Positions 33,973 through 44,770 of a stretch of 64,000 nt of DNA are shown in pieces. The notes beneath the pieces were generated by a model, which was given only the letters and a program-made list of their open reading frames with translations, searched no databases and was not told the origin of the DNA. The translations under genes and the position numbers were made by a program. Each line of letters opens with the position of its first letter. The first letter of the stretch is position 1. This stretch comes from Octopus sinensis (Eukaryota), in NCBI RefSeq assembly GCF_006345805.1, contig NC_043003.1:30442001-30506000 (forward strand), written 5' to 3'.

Positions 33973-35779
33973 TGAAAGATCTTCAATTGGTTACAAGACA
34001 AATGTAAAAGATCTGTTTTATTCTCTTATTATTACTGCCAGCCCCAATTTTTGTTGAGGTGCAGGAATCTCAGGATGAGGATATTAATTGGGTAAGATGC
34101 AGTTGATGAGTAGAATTTTAAGTCTGATACTTATTCTGTTGTCAAGCGGTGGTGGAACAAATGCAAAATTTGTGATTTTTATCAGTGATTCAATTGAATC
34201 TTTCGATTAGAACATTTGCTTGAGAACGCTAGGATAGAACTTTTGATGTTATTCTGGTATTGTTCTCAAGATACTTTAAATCTCATATTTTAGAAACTCT
34301 GGGCCTTTGTCAGAAACTGTTCTTTAGAGAATTCCCCAAAGATGCAAAAACTAATTCCATCAAATTCTGAGTTGCAGTCAATTTCATGGCAAATATCTCT
34401 GGCCAATGTGGCACCACATCTACCACAATTAATAGGTAGTAAACTCTTGAAATCACATGTTTTTTTTTGGTTTAATGTGAATATATATCCAATATTGTTA
34501 AAAATCAAATCAATGTTATAGTAAAGTGCTTTTTTTGTTTTATTATCTACCATAGATTAGAATATCAGCTGTAATGTTAACTTCTAGGTTGCCATAAACT
34601 AGAATCTCAGCTCCAGTGTTATTTGTTATGTTGAGATTTAAAGCTTACTGATGAGTTCCTGGAATTCTTCAACTACAGAGAAAATTTCCAGAAACAACCT
34701 CTTATAGCAGTATAATCAGCTGGTACAATGAAGAATCTGTATGGTAGCCTATATTAAGATGCAGATTTAGAAAGAAGCTTGATCCAGTGAAATTTTTCCG
34801 TACCTTTCCAACAGTGGGTAATATTGATATTCATACTGATAATGGCATTTTCACTACATATATGTCTGCTTTAGTGGCTGGTCCCTCTATTCAGTATACA
34901 TGCTGTAATTCTCTCTTGTACACATTTTCTACTTTCAGTAGCCTCACATAGTAACATTTCAAAGCAAATTTTTTTTTCAGTAGCAGTATGCTACTGTCAT
35001 TTCAAACTTACTTTTCTCCAGCATCTTGTTTAACCCCAGCACTCTGAAGCACTTTGCTTCTGATCTTCTTATCATAGAACAGTAGCAAACCTCCTCCTTT
35101 CAACTTCTCTTCGCCTACAATTATATTACTCTTTACTGTCTCATTTTCTTTCAGTCTTTCCAAACCTGTCTTAGAACTTTTATGGCCCTGTATACATAAT
35201 ATTCTACTGTTGTGTTGTCTTTCCTCTGGATAGAATATTACTCAAGCCACAGACATATTATGAGGCTTTCGGCACATCTTGTGCATATTCTATATTATAG
35301 ATCTCTATCTCCTACTCTTTCTCAAATAGCTTGCCTAGAACCTCTTTGAAACTGTGTTTAGCAGAAGGATATTTCAATATCCACATATTCCTTTCCAGTC
35401 CAATGTAAGGTAATCATATTTTTGTTTGCTAGGATTGATTTAGATATATCTGAAAAGACAGTCTATTACAGTTTAGTCCAAGTGAAGTAATCTGTTTTAG
35501 ACCTATTATGGTGTAGATGCTAGAGAAGACATGAGGGAAAGTGGTGTAGATTGAGGAGGCCTACAACCAAGTAAATAAACTGTTTTGTATCTATTATGAT
35601 GTAGATGTGTATTTTTGCTTGCTTAGAATGTTTTTAGACCAAATTATAATGACCTGCGCTCATCTCTGAGTGTCTTCATACCAGTTTCACATCAATGTGT
35701 CTTTTCCCTTTGTATATATGTTTTCACTGTTTCTAAGTTATTCCAATAACCTTTATGTTAACACTTCATTGTCCCTTTT

Positions 35780-35803
35780 TATTATATTGTCTTTCTATTT
35801 CAG
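35780..35803 (+). promoter_or_regulatory. Putative splice acceptor of the ZNF3 coding exon (exon starts at 35804)
   Basis: gtctttctatttcag|gttatctgatg. Confidence 0.7.
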
Positions 35804-36192
35804 GTTATCTGATGATATTGAAATAAAAATATTTCACTGATGAGAATCAACTTTTTAAGATTAAAGATATCTTAATCAAACTGATGTCAGCCCATTTTGG
35901 CAACTCTTGACTTAATGGATGAGAAAAACTTCCTTGGAATTGAGATTATGTTAAAAAATTCTTACTCAGTTATAGAAAGATTCTATGTACAGATTAAGCT
36001 TTGAAGATAAGTCTTGTCCACTGGATATATATATATTTGATACCTGGATATATATTTTATAAGTGGAGCAGTTTTACCAACCTTTGGTCATTGGGTATTG
36101 ATTTCTGGATTCAATCCTAATAAATCTACTTGAAACTCTTTAACAGCAAAAATATCACCACACTTTGTTACAAGAAAAAAAGATTAAAAGTT

Positions 36193-37269
36193 ATGGAAAA
36201 AAATGCAGAGCCTGAAACTATTGATTCCCTTACATATACAGAGGAAAATACAGAAGAGAAATCACATGATTTATGTGGGGAATTGTTAACAAAAAAGGAT
36301 TTAATTCGGCATCAGTCAATTCACTCAGTCTCAAAGCTGTATAACTGTGAAGTTTGTGGAAAGACATTTACAAGCAGTACTTTGTTGACTAGCCACAAAG
36401 ATATCCACAATGGAGAAAAATTATACCAATGTTACATGTGTGATGAAAAGTTTTCAACAAAGGACAATTTGTCGTCTCACACATGTATTCAAACAGCAGA
36501 AAGACCATACTGTTGTGATATCTGTGGTAAAACATTTTGTAGAAGTGGTCAGTTGTCTTCCCATAAATATATTCATTCAAGAGAGAGACCATACCATTGT
36601 GATATCTGTGGTCAAACATTTTCTAGAAGTGGTCATTTGATTAACCACAAACGCATCCACACAGGCGAAAGGCCATACAACTGTGATATTTGTGATAAAA
36701 AATTTTCTAGAATTAGTGAATTATCTTCCCACAAATGTATTCACTTGGGTGAAAGACAATATCGCTGTCATAGCTGTGATAAAATATTTTCTAACAGAAC
36801 TGATTTGTCTTCTCATAAACATATTCACTCAGGAGGACGAATATACCACTGTGATATCTGTGATACAACATTCTCTCAAAGTGGAAGTTTATCTCAACAT
36901 AAGCGTATTCATACAGGAGAGAAGCCATACCAGTGTGATATTTGTAAGAAAAAATTTTCTACTAGCAGTTATTTGTCAACCCACAAACGTACTCACACTG
37001 GTGAAAGACCCTACCGTTGTGATATCTGTGGTAAAACATTCACTCAAAGTGGGTGTTTATCTCAACACAAATATATTCATACAGGAGTAAGACCTTACCA
37101 TTGTGATATTTGTGGTAAAGCATTTTCTACAACTCGTAATTTAACTCGACACAAATGTATTCATACAAAAGAGAAAGCATACCACTGTGATATCTGTGAT
37201 GAAACATTTTCTACTAGGGGTCGTTTATCTTCCCACATACGTATTCATACAGGAGAAAGACCTTCATAA
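36193..37269 (+). CDS. Poly-C2H2 zinc-finger protein ZNF3, 358 aa, 11 fingers plus a degenerate first unit
   Basis: ATG at 36193 (MEKNAEPE) matches the ZNF4 and ZNF5 starts; same ORF length (1077 nt) as ZNF4. Confidence 0.93.
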   Translation: MEKNAEPETIDSLTYTEENTEEKSHDLCGELLTKKDLIRHQSIHSVSKLYNCEVCGKTFTSSTLLTSHKDIHNGEKLYQCYMCDEKFSTKDNLSSHTCIQTAERPYCCDICGKTFCRSGQLSSHKYIHSRERPYHCDICGQTFSRSGHLINHKRIHTGERPYNCDICDKKFSRISELSSHKCIHLGERQYRCHSCDKIFSNRTDLSSHKHIHSGGRIYHCDICDTTFSQSGSLSQHKRIHTGEKPYQCDICKKKFSTSSYLSTHKRTHTGERPYRCDICGKTFTQSGCLSQHKYIHTGVRPYHCDICGKAFSTTRNLTRHKCIHTKEKAYHCDICDETFSTRGRLSSHIRIHTGERPS

Positions 37270-37542
37270 CACTGAGATTTCTGTTATAAAGCATTGTTAC
37301 AAAATAGTAGTTTATTTTGATACAAATATATTTATTGAGGAGAAAGAAAGACCATACCGTTGTGATATCTGCAGTGAAACATTTTCTGGAAGTGGTAATT
37401 TTTACTCAGTATATACACACACACACACGCATAAGAAATAAACAATACTCATATATAAATATATTAATAATAATATGACAACAAAAGAATGAATGAGACC
37501 TTGATATTATGTAAATAGATGAATTTATCTATATATATATAA

Positions 37543-37908
37543 TATAGGACAATCAGGAAGTTGTCATAATAATACTCAGTTTCAAATACCGGAGTTAAAA
37601 GCTTCTAGGCATTTATCATCAGTTATTAAGACAAGAATGCTATGAAAAAAAAAACATTGAATAAAGGGAAGTTACTCTAATAGGCATGGAAATAACAGTA
37701 AAAGATATTAAATATTATATAAATACAACCACATACTCATAAAGATAGAACTCTTTGTTCATAAAATCTACATATGTACACATATATGTATGTATATTTT
37801 TTTTCATAGCGTTCTTTTCTTAATAACTAATGATAAATGCCTAGAAGCTTTTAGCTCTGGTATTTGAAACTCTGAGTATTATTATGACAACTTACTGATT
37901 GCCTTATA
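37543..37908. mobile_element. MITE with about 105-bp terminal inverted repeats in TA-repeat context
   Basis: caatcaggaagttgtcataataatactcag..ctatgaaaaaa (37543-37650) is inverse to ttttttcatagc..gattgcc (37797-37908). Confidence 0.85.
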
Positions 37909-38081
37909 TATATATATATATATATATGGTAAATTATTTTCTATAAGTAACAATATATTTTATAATAAATTTATTTCTTTAATGCATCAGTGTCATAACA
38001 ATGTTTTTATATCCTTTATTTTATACTGGCAGTTTAACTTACACCACATTTCATTATAAACAGTTTGACCTGGTGGATATA

Positions 38082-38755
38082 CAGGGTGGAGCAGAGAGGG
38101 CGGAAGTATTTGAAAATTTCACAAAATCATTGATTTTAGCTACAAACAAATTTTATTGACATCGACGTGTTTGTATTGAATTAGCATTTGTCACAATCAA
38201 GTGTGGAAAACAACATCCATCATGTGGTATCCATTTTCATTGATGCATTTCTGAAGATATTCTTGAAAGTTGGCCTCCACTCTCTCCAGCATTGTTCTGT
38301 CGATTTGGGCTACTTGCACATGAATATCTTCCTTCAAATCCTCCAATGTACAGGGCTTATGTACATACACGTGCCTTGAGGTTTCCCCACAAGAAATAAT
38401 CACACAGAATCGATGGAGCCAAGGAATGTCAGAAAACCTGGAAATGAGGCATTCACCAAAGAGAAGGTGAAGAACAGCCATTGATGCTCTGGCTATGTGG
38501 GCTATTGCTCCATCCTTTTGAAACTACACACATTGAATAGGCATACGTTTTCATTGTAATTTAGGCACAAAGAAGTTGTTTATCATCTCGATGTAACATT
38601 CGGAGTTCACAGTAGCAGCATTTCCATTATTGTCTTCAAAAAGGTACGGGTCAGTGACAGCAGCTTCTCCAATAGCACACAAGACCATTACTTTTGGGCT
38701 GTGCAGTAGTGTTTTGTGCAGTCCTCTCAGATTTTCAAGAGCACAATAACAATAG
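38082..38755 (-). mobile_element. Tc1/mariner-superfamily (maT/DD37D-like) element, 3' part
   Basis: TA|cagggtg terminus; HSPKVMVLCAI, GNAATVNSECY, FQKDGAIAH and KPCTLEDLK..NFQEYLQKCINENG motifs; truncated by an RTE. Confidence 0.75.
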
Positions 38756-39960
38756 GTCTTCATGCAAAGTACACCTTGTGTACAAACAGCCATGTAAAAG
38801 CATGTATACAAACAGCCATGCTACATGGCAGTAAATCATGGGCTGTGACTGCTGAGGACATGTGTAAGCTTGCAAGTAATGAAGTCAGTATGCTCTGCTG
38901 GATGTGTAATGCCAGTGTGCATACACGACGGAGTGTAAGCACCCTGTGAGAAAAGTTGGATTTAAGAAGCATCAGATGTGGTGTACAAGAGAGACGACTG
39001 CGTTAGTATGGTCATGTCTTGCGAATGAATGAGGACAGCTCTGTGAAAAAGTGTCACACTCTAGCAATTGAGGGAACCTGTGGAAGAGGTAGACCCAGGA
39101 AAACCTGGGATGAGGTGGTGAAGCACGACCTTCAAACATTGGGCCTTACCGAGGCAATGATTAGTGACCGAGATCTCTGGAGATATGCTGTGCCTGAGAA
39201 GACCCGACAAGACAAGTGAGATCATAGCCCATGGCCTATGCCAGTGGGTGTAACCAGCCCAGTTATGGATACCCCTCATTCATTGGACAATAAACTTTTC
39301 TTGTGAAGACCTATTGAGGCAAGTGAAATCAAAATCGCTGACGTGGCCGATGATATTACCGCCTGATTGGCACTTGTGCCAGTAGAACGTTAAAAGTACA
39401 TCCAAACGTGGGGTGTAACCGGCCCACTTATGAGTACCTCTGATTCATTGGACAATGAACTTCACTTGCGAAGACCTATTAAAGCAAGTGTAAACAAATC
39501 AAAATCGCTGATATGGCGGATGACAGTACTGCCTGATTGGCATTCATGCTACTGGAACGTTAAAAGCACATCCGAGTGTGACCGTTGCCAGGGCCACGGG
39601 TTGGCTCCCATGCTGGTGACACATGAAAAGCACCATTCAAGCTTGATCATTGCCAGCGTCGCCTTACCGGCACATGGAGTGTGGTAGTTGCTAGTGCCGC
39701 CAAACTGGCTCCTATGCAGGTAGCATGTAAAAATCACCTTTTGAGTGTGATCGTTGCCAGAATTGCCTAACTGGCCCTCATGCTGGTGGAACTTAAAAGC
39801 ACCCACTACACTCTCAGAGTGGTTGGCGTTAGGAAGGGCATCTAGCTGTCGAAACTTTGCCAGATCAGATTGAGCCTGGTGCAGCCTTTGGCTCACCAGT
39901 CCTCAGGCAAACCATCCAACCCATGCTAGCATGGAAAGCAGACATTAAACAATGATGAAT
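38756..39960 (+). mobile_element. RTE LINE 3' portion with an internal duplication of about 190 bp in the UTR
   Basis: LREKLDLRSIRCGVQERRL and GRGRPRKTWDEVVKHDLQTLGLTEAM; tail ends aatgatga. Confidence 0.85.
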
Positions 39961-41670
39961 ATGTAGGTCATGTTCAGCAACAGATTTTTTAAGGTTGGTT
40001 TTGTGGAGGGTTTAGGTAAATTCTAGATTTTTTTTCACAAAATGTATAGTGGTGTACTTGTCTACTTGGCTAGTCAGCAATCCATTGCTGCATTTTGTTC
40101 TGATAAAATTGCAGGAAAGATCTCTAGCATAAAAGATGTTCTTTTCATCTCAAAGAAAAGCTTAATGTCTGTATACTTAAACATAGTAACATGCTCCCAA
40201 TTGGCATGTTTTGGTCATACATGCATACCTCTATACACAAAAGTTCAGTGGACAAAATGCCTTGTGGTACTTAGTAAGGTTTTAATTTTAAATGCTAGCG
40301 GTAAATGTTGCTTTTCATTCTCTAGCATGTGCAGGAGAGCTATCTTATTTGAAATATGATCTCATTTTTAAGAAACCAATATTTTATATATGTTTTGTTC
40401 CATCATCATTTATGCCTGTTTTCCGTACTGCCATGACTTGGATGGTTTTACCGGATCAAACAAGATGAAGGGCTACATTGAGCTACAAAGTCTGCTATTG
40501 TTCTGGCACTAGAGATGTTACCAACTGACAAGACAGAAAAAGGTCTCCACAACTGATTAAAATTGTAGTAGGGAGGAAGTAGCTTTATACTAGGTGACGA
40601 AAGGCTGAAGTATGGCAGGACAGAAACAGGTGTTTTGCTATAGAAGAGATACATAGTTACTCTACACCAAGCATCACCAAACTACAGCCTGTGAGGTCAG
40701 CTCATCTGGCCTGCTGCTGCACTGTACCTTTTATGTAAGTACCTGCAATGAGAATTCATTTGTCTCTGGTATGGCATCAATGTTTGGAACAACTTATGTC
40801 TGCCAACAAACATTTTCAAAAATAAAGTACGTGAAGTGAGCACATTGAATGAGGATGACTGATGAACACTTGAAAGCAATTCTCTTGATTGGATGCAGCA
40901 ATTCCAAAGTAAATATTGATGAAATCTTAAAAGCTAAACACCATTTTCACAAATTTCACAAACCTTTTTTGCTGCTTAGTTTGTGAGATTCCGATATGTG
41001 CGCACTGGGTGTGGTATAACTATCTTATTGCTAATGTTGCCTTCTTTAATGACTTTTTGGTAAATAAATATGCTGGTTGTCTTTATATTTTTGTGTATTC
41101 ACTGAATTGTATTGAACAAAACGGTTATGCAACCCACACTCATCATTCTTTGTTATCGGGCCCGCTGTGGAAAAAAGTTTGGTGACCCCTGCTCTACAGT
41201 ATATCAGACAGTGGGAGTAGCTGAAAATAAAATAAAAATGTGGGTGTTGAAAAGTCAGTGTATACTCCCAAGGCACAAGAATTGTGGGAGGAGAGTGACA
41301 GATGGTTAGAGATAAATGTAGTAAATGATGTGCTATGCATTTTATAATTTTTCACACACATTTAAGTATTTAGCAACAGTTATGTAAGTCACGAGAATTT
41401 AAAAGTATTTACAAAGAAACTTAAATCATTCACGAAGGGGAAAATGTGTACTCAAGTTGTCAAGTATAGTGAAAGAAGAGAAAGAAAGAGGAATATATCT
41501 AAATTGAGGGTAAACATAATGCAAAACATTTTTAAATTTTCGTTTTTGTATCTAGACACAAATTTTTTAAAATTCATCTAACACTTAGGTACAGCATCGT
41601 TTAATTTTCTTGCAACACCTTCAAATCACCCTTCAAAGATAAAACAGAAGTGCTTGGGAAAATTTTGCCA
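39961..41670 (+). repeat. Segmental-duplication paralog of about 54000-55040 plus 56851-56990
   Basis: Long colinear similarity, for example gatgttcttttcatctcaaagaaaagcttaatg and tttcgtttttgt.tctagacac; continues 44771-46030 versus 56991-57900. Confidence 0.85.
40668..41191 (+). mobile_element. Non-autonomous hAT (Charlie/SPIN-like) deletion derivative
   Basis: TIRs caagcatcaccaaac / gtttggtgacccctg; 8-bp TSD ctctacac (40660-40667) / ctctacag (41192-41199); MASMFGTTYVCQQTFS..MTDEHL C-terminal motif; empty site near 54700. Confidence 0.85.
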
Positions 41671-41744
41671 TAATAATAATAATAATAATAATAATTGTGT
41701 ACAGTGCTCAGGTGCACTACAACTCATCTAAAGTGTATATATAA

Positions 41745-44510
41745 TCAGGTGTAGTTTCGGCGGATTTCGGAAAGCATGAGGGCCTTAAAAGATGCAGTGT
41801 CATGGTAGTCAACAACTGACGCAGGCAGTTTATTCCATGCTTCAGCAACTCTGAGCGTGAAAAAATGTTTCCGAAAGTCATGAGAGCTGTATTGTTTTCT
41901 GACTTTGTAGGCATGTCCATGTGTGTTAGACACATGGAGATCAAAAAGGTGTTCAGTGTTGTTGTTGGTGAGGTGGTTGATAACTTTGTGGGTGTTTACC
42001 AAGTCCGTCGCCAGACGCCAGAGCTTCAGTGAATCCATGCCCAGGGAAACAAGGCGCTCAGAATATGGTAGGTGTCTGATGGAGGGTATGCGTTTGGTTG
42101 CACGTCTCTGGACAGATTCCAGGAGGTCAATGTTCTGTGCAAGATAGGGGTTCCAAACTGATGATGCAAATTCCAAGTGTGGTCGTACCATAGCTGTATA
42201 CAGTTTTAAATAGATGGCTGGAGAGCGGCTAACAAAAGACCTGCTGAGTGATGCCAAGACACCCTCGGCCTTCCTGACAATCTTAGAGATATGCTTTGTC
42301 CAACGCAAATCACTGCTGACAGTGATGCCTAGGTCACGCTCGCAAGAGGATTTCTTGATATCAGTGTTGTGGAGGGAGTATGTGAACGCAGGGTTTTTTC
42401 TCCCAAAATGCATGGTGGTACACTTGTCCACAGCCAGTTTCAGTTGCCAGTCTGTGATCCATTGCTGCATTGTGTCTAGGTCTGATTGCAGGAAAGAGTT
42501 GTAGACATCAGGATCTGTCCTCTTGATTTCAAGGTACAGCTTGATGTCGTCTGCATATTTCAATACTGTGGCATTCTTTAAATTGGCATCTATGTCGTTA
42601 ATGTATGCCACAAACAAGAGGGGACCAAGGACAGATCCCTGTGGTACACCCGATGACATCTCATATGGTGTAGAGTGCTGTCCTAGAACTGTGACAACCT
42701 CCTTTCGGCTGAGGATGAAGGATTTCAACCAGTTAAAAAGGTCATCCCCCACACCCATTGCAGAGAGTTTCACCATAAGCCTTTTGTGTGGCACAGAGTT
42801 GAAAGCCTTAGCAAAGTCAAGGTAGACAACATCCACCCATGAGCCACTGTCAGTAATCTGAGTAATGTCCTCAAGGAACTCGACAAGCTGGTCACTGCAG
42901 CTGGAGTTAGGGACAAATCCATATTGTGAGGGTCGGATGAGACTGTGAGAGCTCCAGAAGTTCCAGAGTGTTTCTCTGACACACGATTCCATCAGTTTTG
43001 CAATACAGCTAGTGAGACTGACTGGGCGATAGTTGACAGGTGATGTGCGGTCGCCCTTTTTGAACAGAGGAATGACACTGGCAGTTTTCCACTGCTCCGG
43101 AGTAGCACCATTGTTGAGACAGTACTGGAAGAAAATAGAAAGCTGGTGTAAAAGGAAGTGCCTGCCACGTTTGAGAAGCAGGTATGTAACTCCATCGAGA
43201 CCAGGGGAGGCATAGTTGCGCTTATTTTGAAGGTGACGTCGCAGCATTGCAGGCGTAAATTCCATAGTTGTTATGGAGTTTGCTGTTAGTGATGGTGAAG
43301 ATGGTACATCTTGACTTTCAACAGTGAATATGTTTGCATAGCACTCGGCAATGAGTTCTGCGCATTCCTTGGGGTCGTCAGTGATCTGGTTTGTGTGAGG
43401 GTTGCGAAGAGGGCCCACTGGAGAGTGAGGTCTCTGCTTTGAGTGCACATATTTCCAGAAAACCTTACTGTCAGGATTGGCTGCTATGCACTGTTCAAAT
43501 TCAAGCACTGCTTTTTTTGTTACTTGCTTGAGATGGTTGGAGGATTTATTCCGCTTCTTCCTGTTGGTGTCTGATTTATGCAACCTGTATTCCTGTTCAG
43601 CAGTCCGACGTTCCCTCCTGGCAAGTCGGACCGCTGAAGTTTCCCAAATTGCCCTTTTGGGGCGGTTCTTCTTTTTTTGTTTACGTGGCACTGATGCTGC
43701 ACATGCTGCCCATATTGAGTCCAGGATACTCTGGAGTATAGTATTCACATCTCCAGAGTTGTAGAATTCACGCCAGTTTGGGTGCTGTAGTTCAGTGTGG
43801 TACAGGTTCCAATCTGCTCTCTTCCAATCGAAGGAAGCAGATTGGAGATGGTTCAGGTTTTTGTTGCCCGCAAGAGCCAGATTGGCGATGATCATAGCAT
43901 GATCAGAGTCACCTAGAGGTTCCTCCGTAGTGCAATTGATAACCGCTTCAGGAGTTGTGGTGAAGAGCAGGTCCAAGGTGTTGTCGCCTCTTGTTGGAGA
44001 GGTGACTACTTGCGACCAGTTTGAGTCCAGCACAAGCTCAACAAAATCGTTTGCACTCTGTGGCCAATGGAAGGTCTCCCAATCGATCTCAGGATGATTG
44101 AAATCGCCTGCAATAAACACATAAGTGGCTGTTTTCCTGGCAGCAGCTCGGAGGACATTGCAAAGCTGTGTGTCCCGATGGTAACTTGGGGGACGATAAA
44201 CAACGCCAAGCAGGAGTGTTGACATGGTCATACGCACGTCACAGAAAAAAACTTCTTCTTGTGATTCGTTCAAATCGGCACAAGGAATTACCAAAAAATT
44301 TGAACGAACGTAGACCATCACACCACCACCACGGCGGTTAGTGCGGTCCTTACGGAAGAGGTTGTACCCTGTAATGTTGAAAACCCCATCACAGAGTAAG
44401 GAATGCGCCCATGTTTCCGTGACAGTGATGAAGTCAGGGTCAACACTTCTGACGTAGGCGTTGAACAAATGTATTTTGTTGCATAAACTGCGAGCATTTA
44501 AGGACAACAA
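41745..44510 (-). CDS. CR1 ORF2: AP endonuclease and reverse transcriptase, 921 aa from a TTG (frame open from 44594)
   Basis: LNARSL, VTETW, GGGV, GDFN, SDH; YRPVSL, YLDFAKAF, GVPQGSVLGPLLF, YADD; C-terminal RKHFFTLRVAEAWNKLP. Confidence 0.95.
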   Translation of the reverse strand: MLSLNARSLCNKIHLFNAYVRSVDPDFITVTETWAHSLLCDGVFNITGYNLFRKDRTNRRGGGVMVYVRSNFLVIPCADLNESQEEVFFCDVRMTMSTLLLGVVYRPPSYHRDTQLCNVLRAAARKTATYVFIAGDFNHPEIDWETFHWPQSANDFVELVLDSNWSQVVTSPTRGDNTLDLLFTTTPEAVINCTTEEPLGDSDHAMIIANLALAGNKNLNHLQSASFDWKRADWNLYHTELQHPNWREFYNSGDVNTILQSILDSIWAACAASVPRKQKKKNRPKRAIWETSAVRLARRERRTAEQEYRLHKSDTNRKKRNKSSNHLKQVTKKAVLEFEQCIAANPDSKVFWKYVHSKQRPHSPVGPLRNPHTNQITDDPKECAELIAECYANIFTVESQDVPSSPSLTANSITTMEFTPAMLRRHLQNKRNYASPGLDGVTYLLLKRGRHFLLHQLSIFFQYCLNNGATPEQWKTASVIPLFKKGDRTSPVNYRPVSLTSCIAKLMESCVRETLWNFWSSHSLIRPSQYGFVPNSSCSDQLVEFLEDITQITDSGSWVDVVYLDFAKAFNSVPHKRLMVKLSAMGVGDDLFNWLKSFILSRKEVVTVLGQHSTPYEMSSGVPQGSVLGPLLFVAYINDIDANLKNATVLKYADDIKLYLEIKRTDPDVYNSFLQSDLDTMQQWITDWQLKLAVDKCTTMHFGRKNPAFTYSLHNTDIKKSSCERDLGITVSSDLRWTKHISKIVRKAEGVLASLSRSFVSRSPAIYLKLYTAMVRPHLEFASSVWNPYLAQNIDLLESVQRRATKRIPSIRHLPYSERLVSLGMDSLKLWRLATDLVNTHKVINHLTNNNTEHLFDLHVSNTHGHAYKVRKQYSSHDFRKHFFTLRVAEAWNKLPASVVDYHDTASFKALMLSEIRRNYT

Positions 44511-44566
44511 TTTGTACCCTGCTCGCAGTTTATGATGGTGTGTAGAGGATGGCAGGTTGTTCTGGC

Positions 44567-44770
44567 TTAGTTTCCCTGAGTTGCTGTAGTCTTTTTAGTT
44601 ATTGTGGGTAGAGAGCACTCAGACCAGCTGGTATCTCTCTTCCACGTTTCAGCAGTCTTGACAAATCTCCAGATTTGTCCATCTTCCTGAAGACTGAAGC
44701 TTTCCTGTAGAGCTGAGTTCCTATTCAGGGAAGCCACTACACGTAGCTTCGGACGTACATCGGACGGTAA
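44567..44770 (-). CDS. C-terminal remnant of CR1 ORF1 (67 codons plus stop, ending TQGN*)
   Basis: My translation shows an open frame from the truncation point to TAA at 44569-44567; ORF1 identity is inferred from position. Confidence 0.6.
   Translation of the reverse strand, partial: LPSDVRPKLRVVASLNRNSALQESFSLQEDGQIWRFVKTAETWKRDTSWSECSLPTITKKTTATQGN

Larger units (their letters stand above)
41671..44770 (-). mobile_element. 5'-truncated CR1-clade LINE with intact ORF2 and (ATT)n tail
   Basis: ORF2 plus the end of ORF1; tail at 41671-41694; joined flanks match the empty paralogous site at 56973-56997. Confidence 0.93.

Noticed and set aside
34290-34553. 87-aa minus-strand ORF in the ZNF3 intron
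   Set aside because: No motif I can recognise; possibly an old retroelement relic, but not supportable
36130-36192. 21-aa N-terminal extension of ZNF3 in the ORF track
   Set aside because: Starts at TTG; the paralogs begin at the ATG equivalent to 36193 and the extension is not open in them
41923-43764. Several plus-strand ORFs of 60-100 aa and short minus-strand off-frame ORFs
   Set aside because: Shadow ORFs of the GC-richer CR1 ORF2
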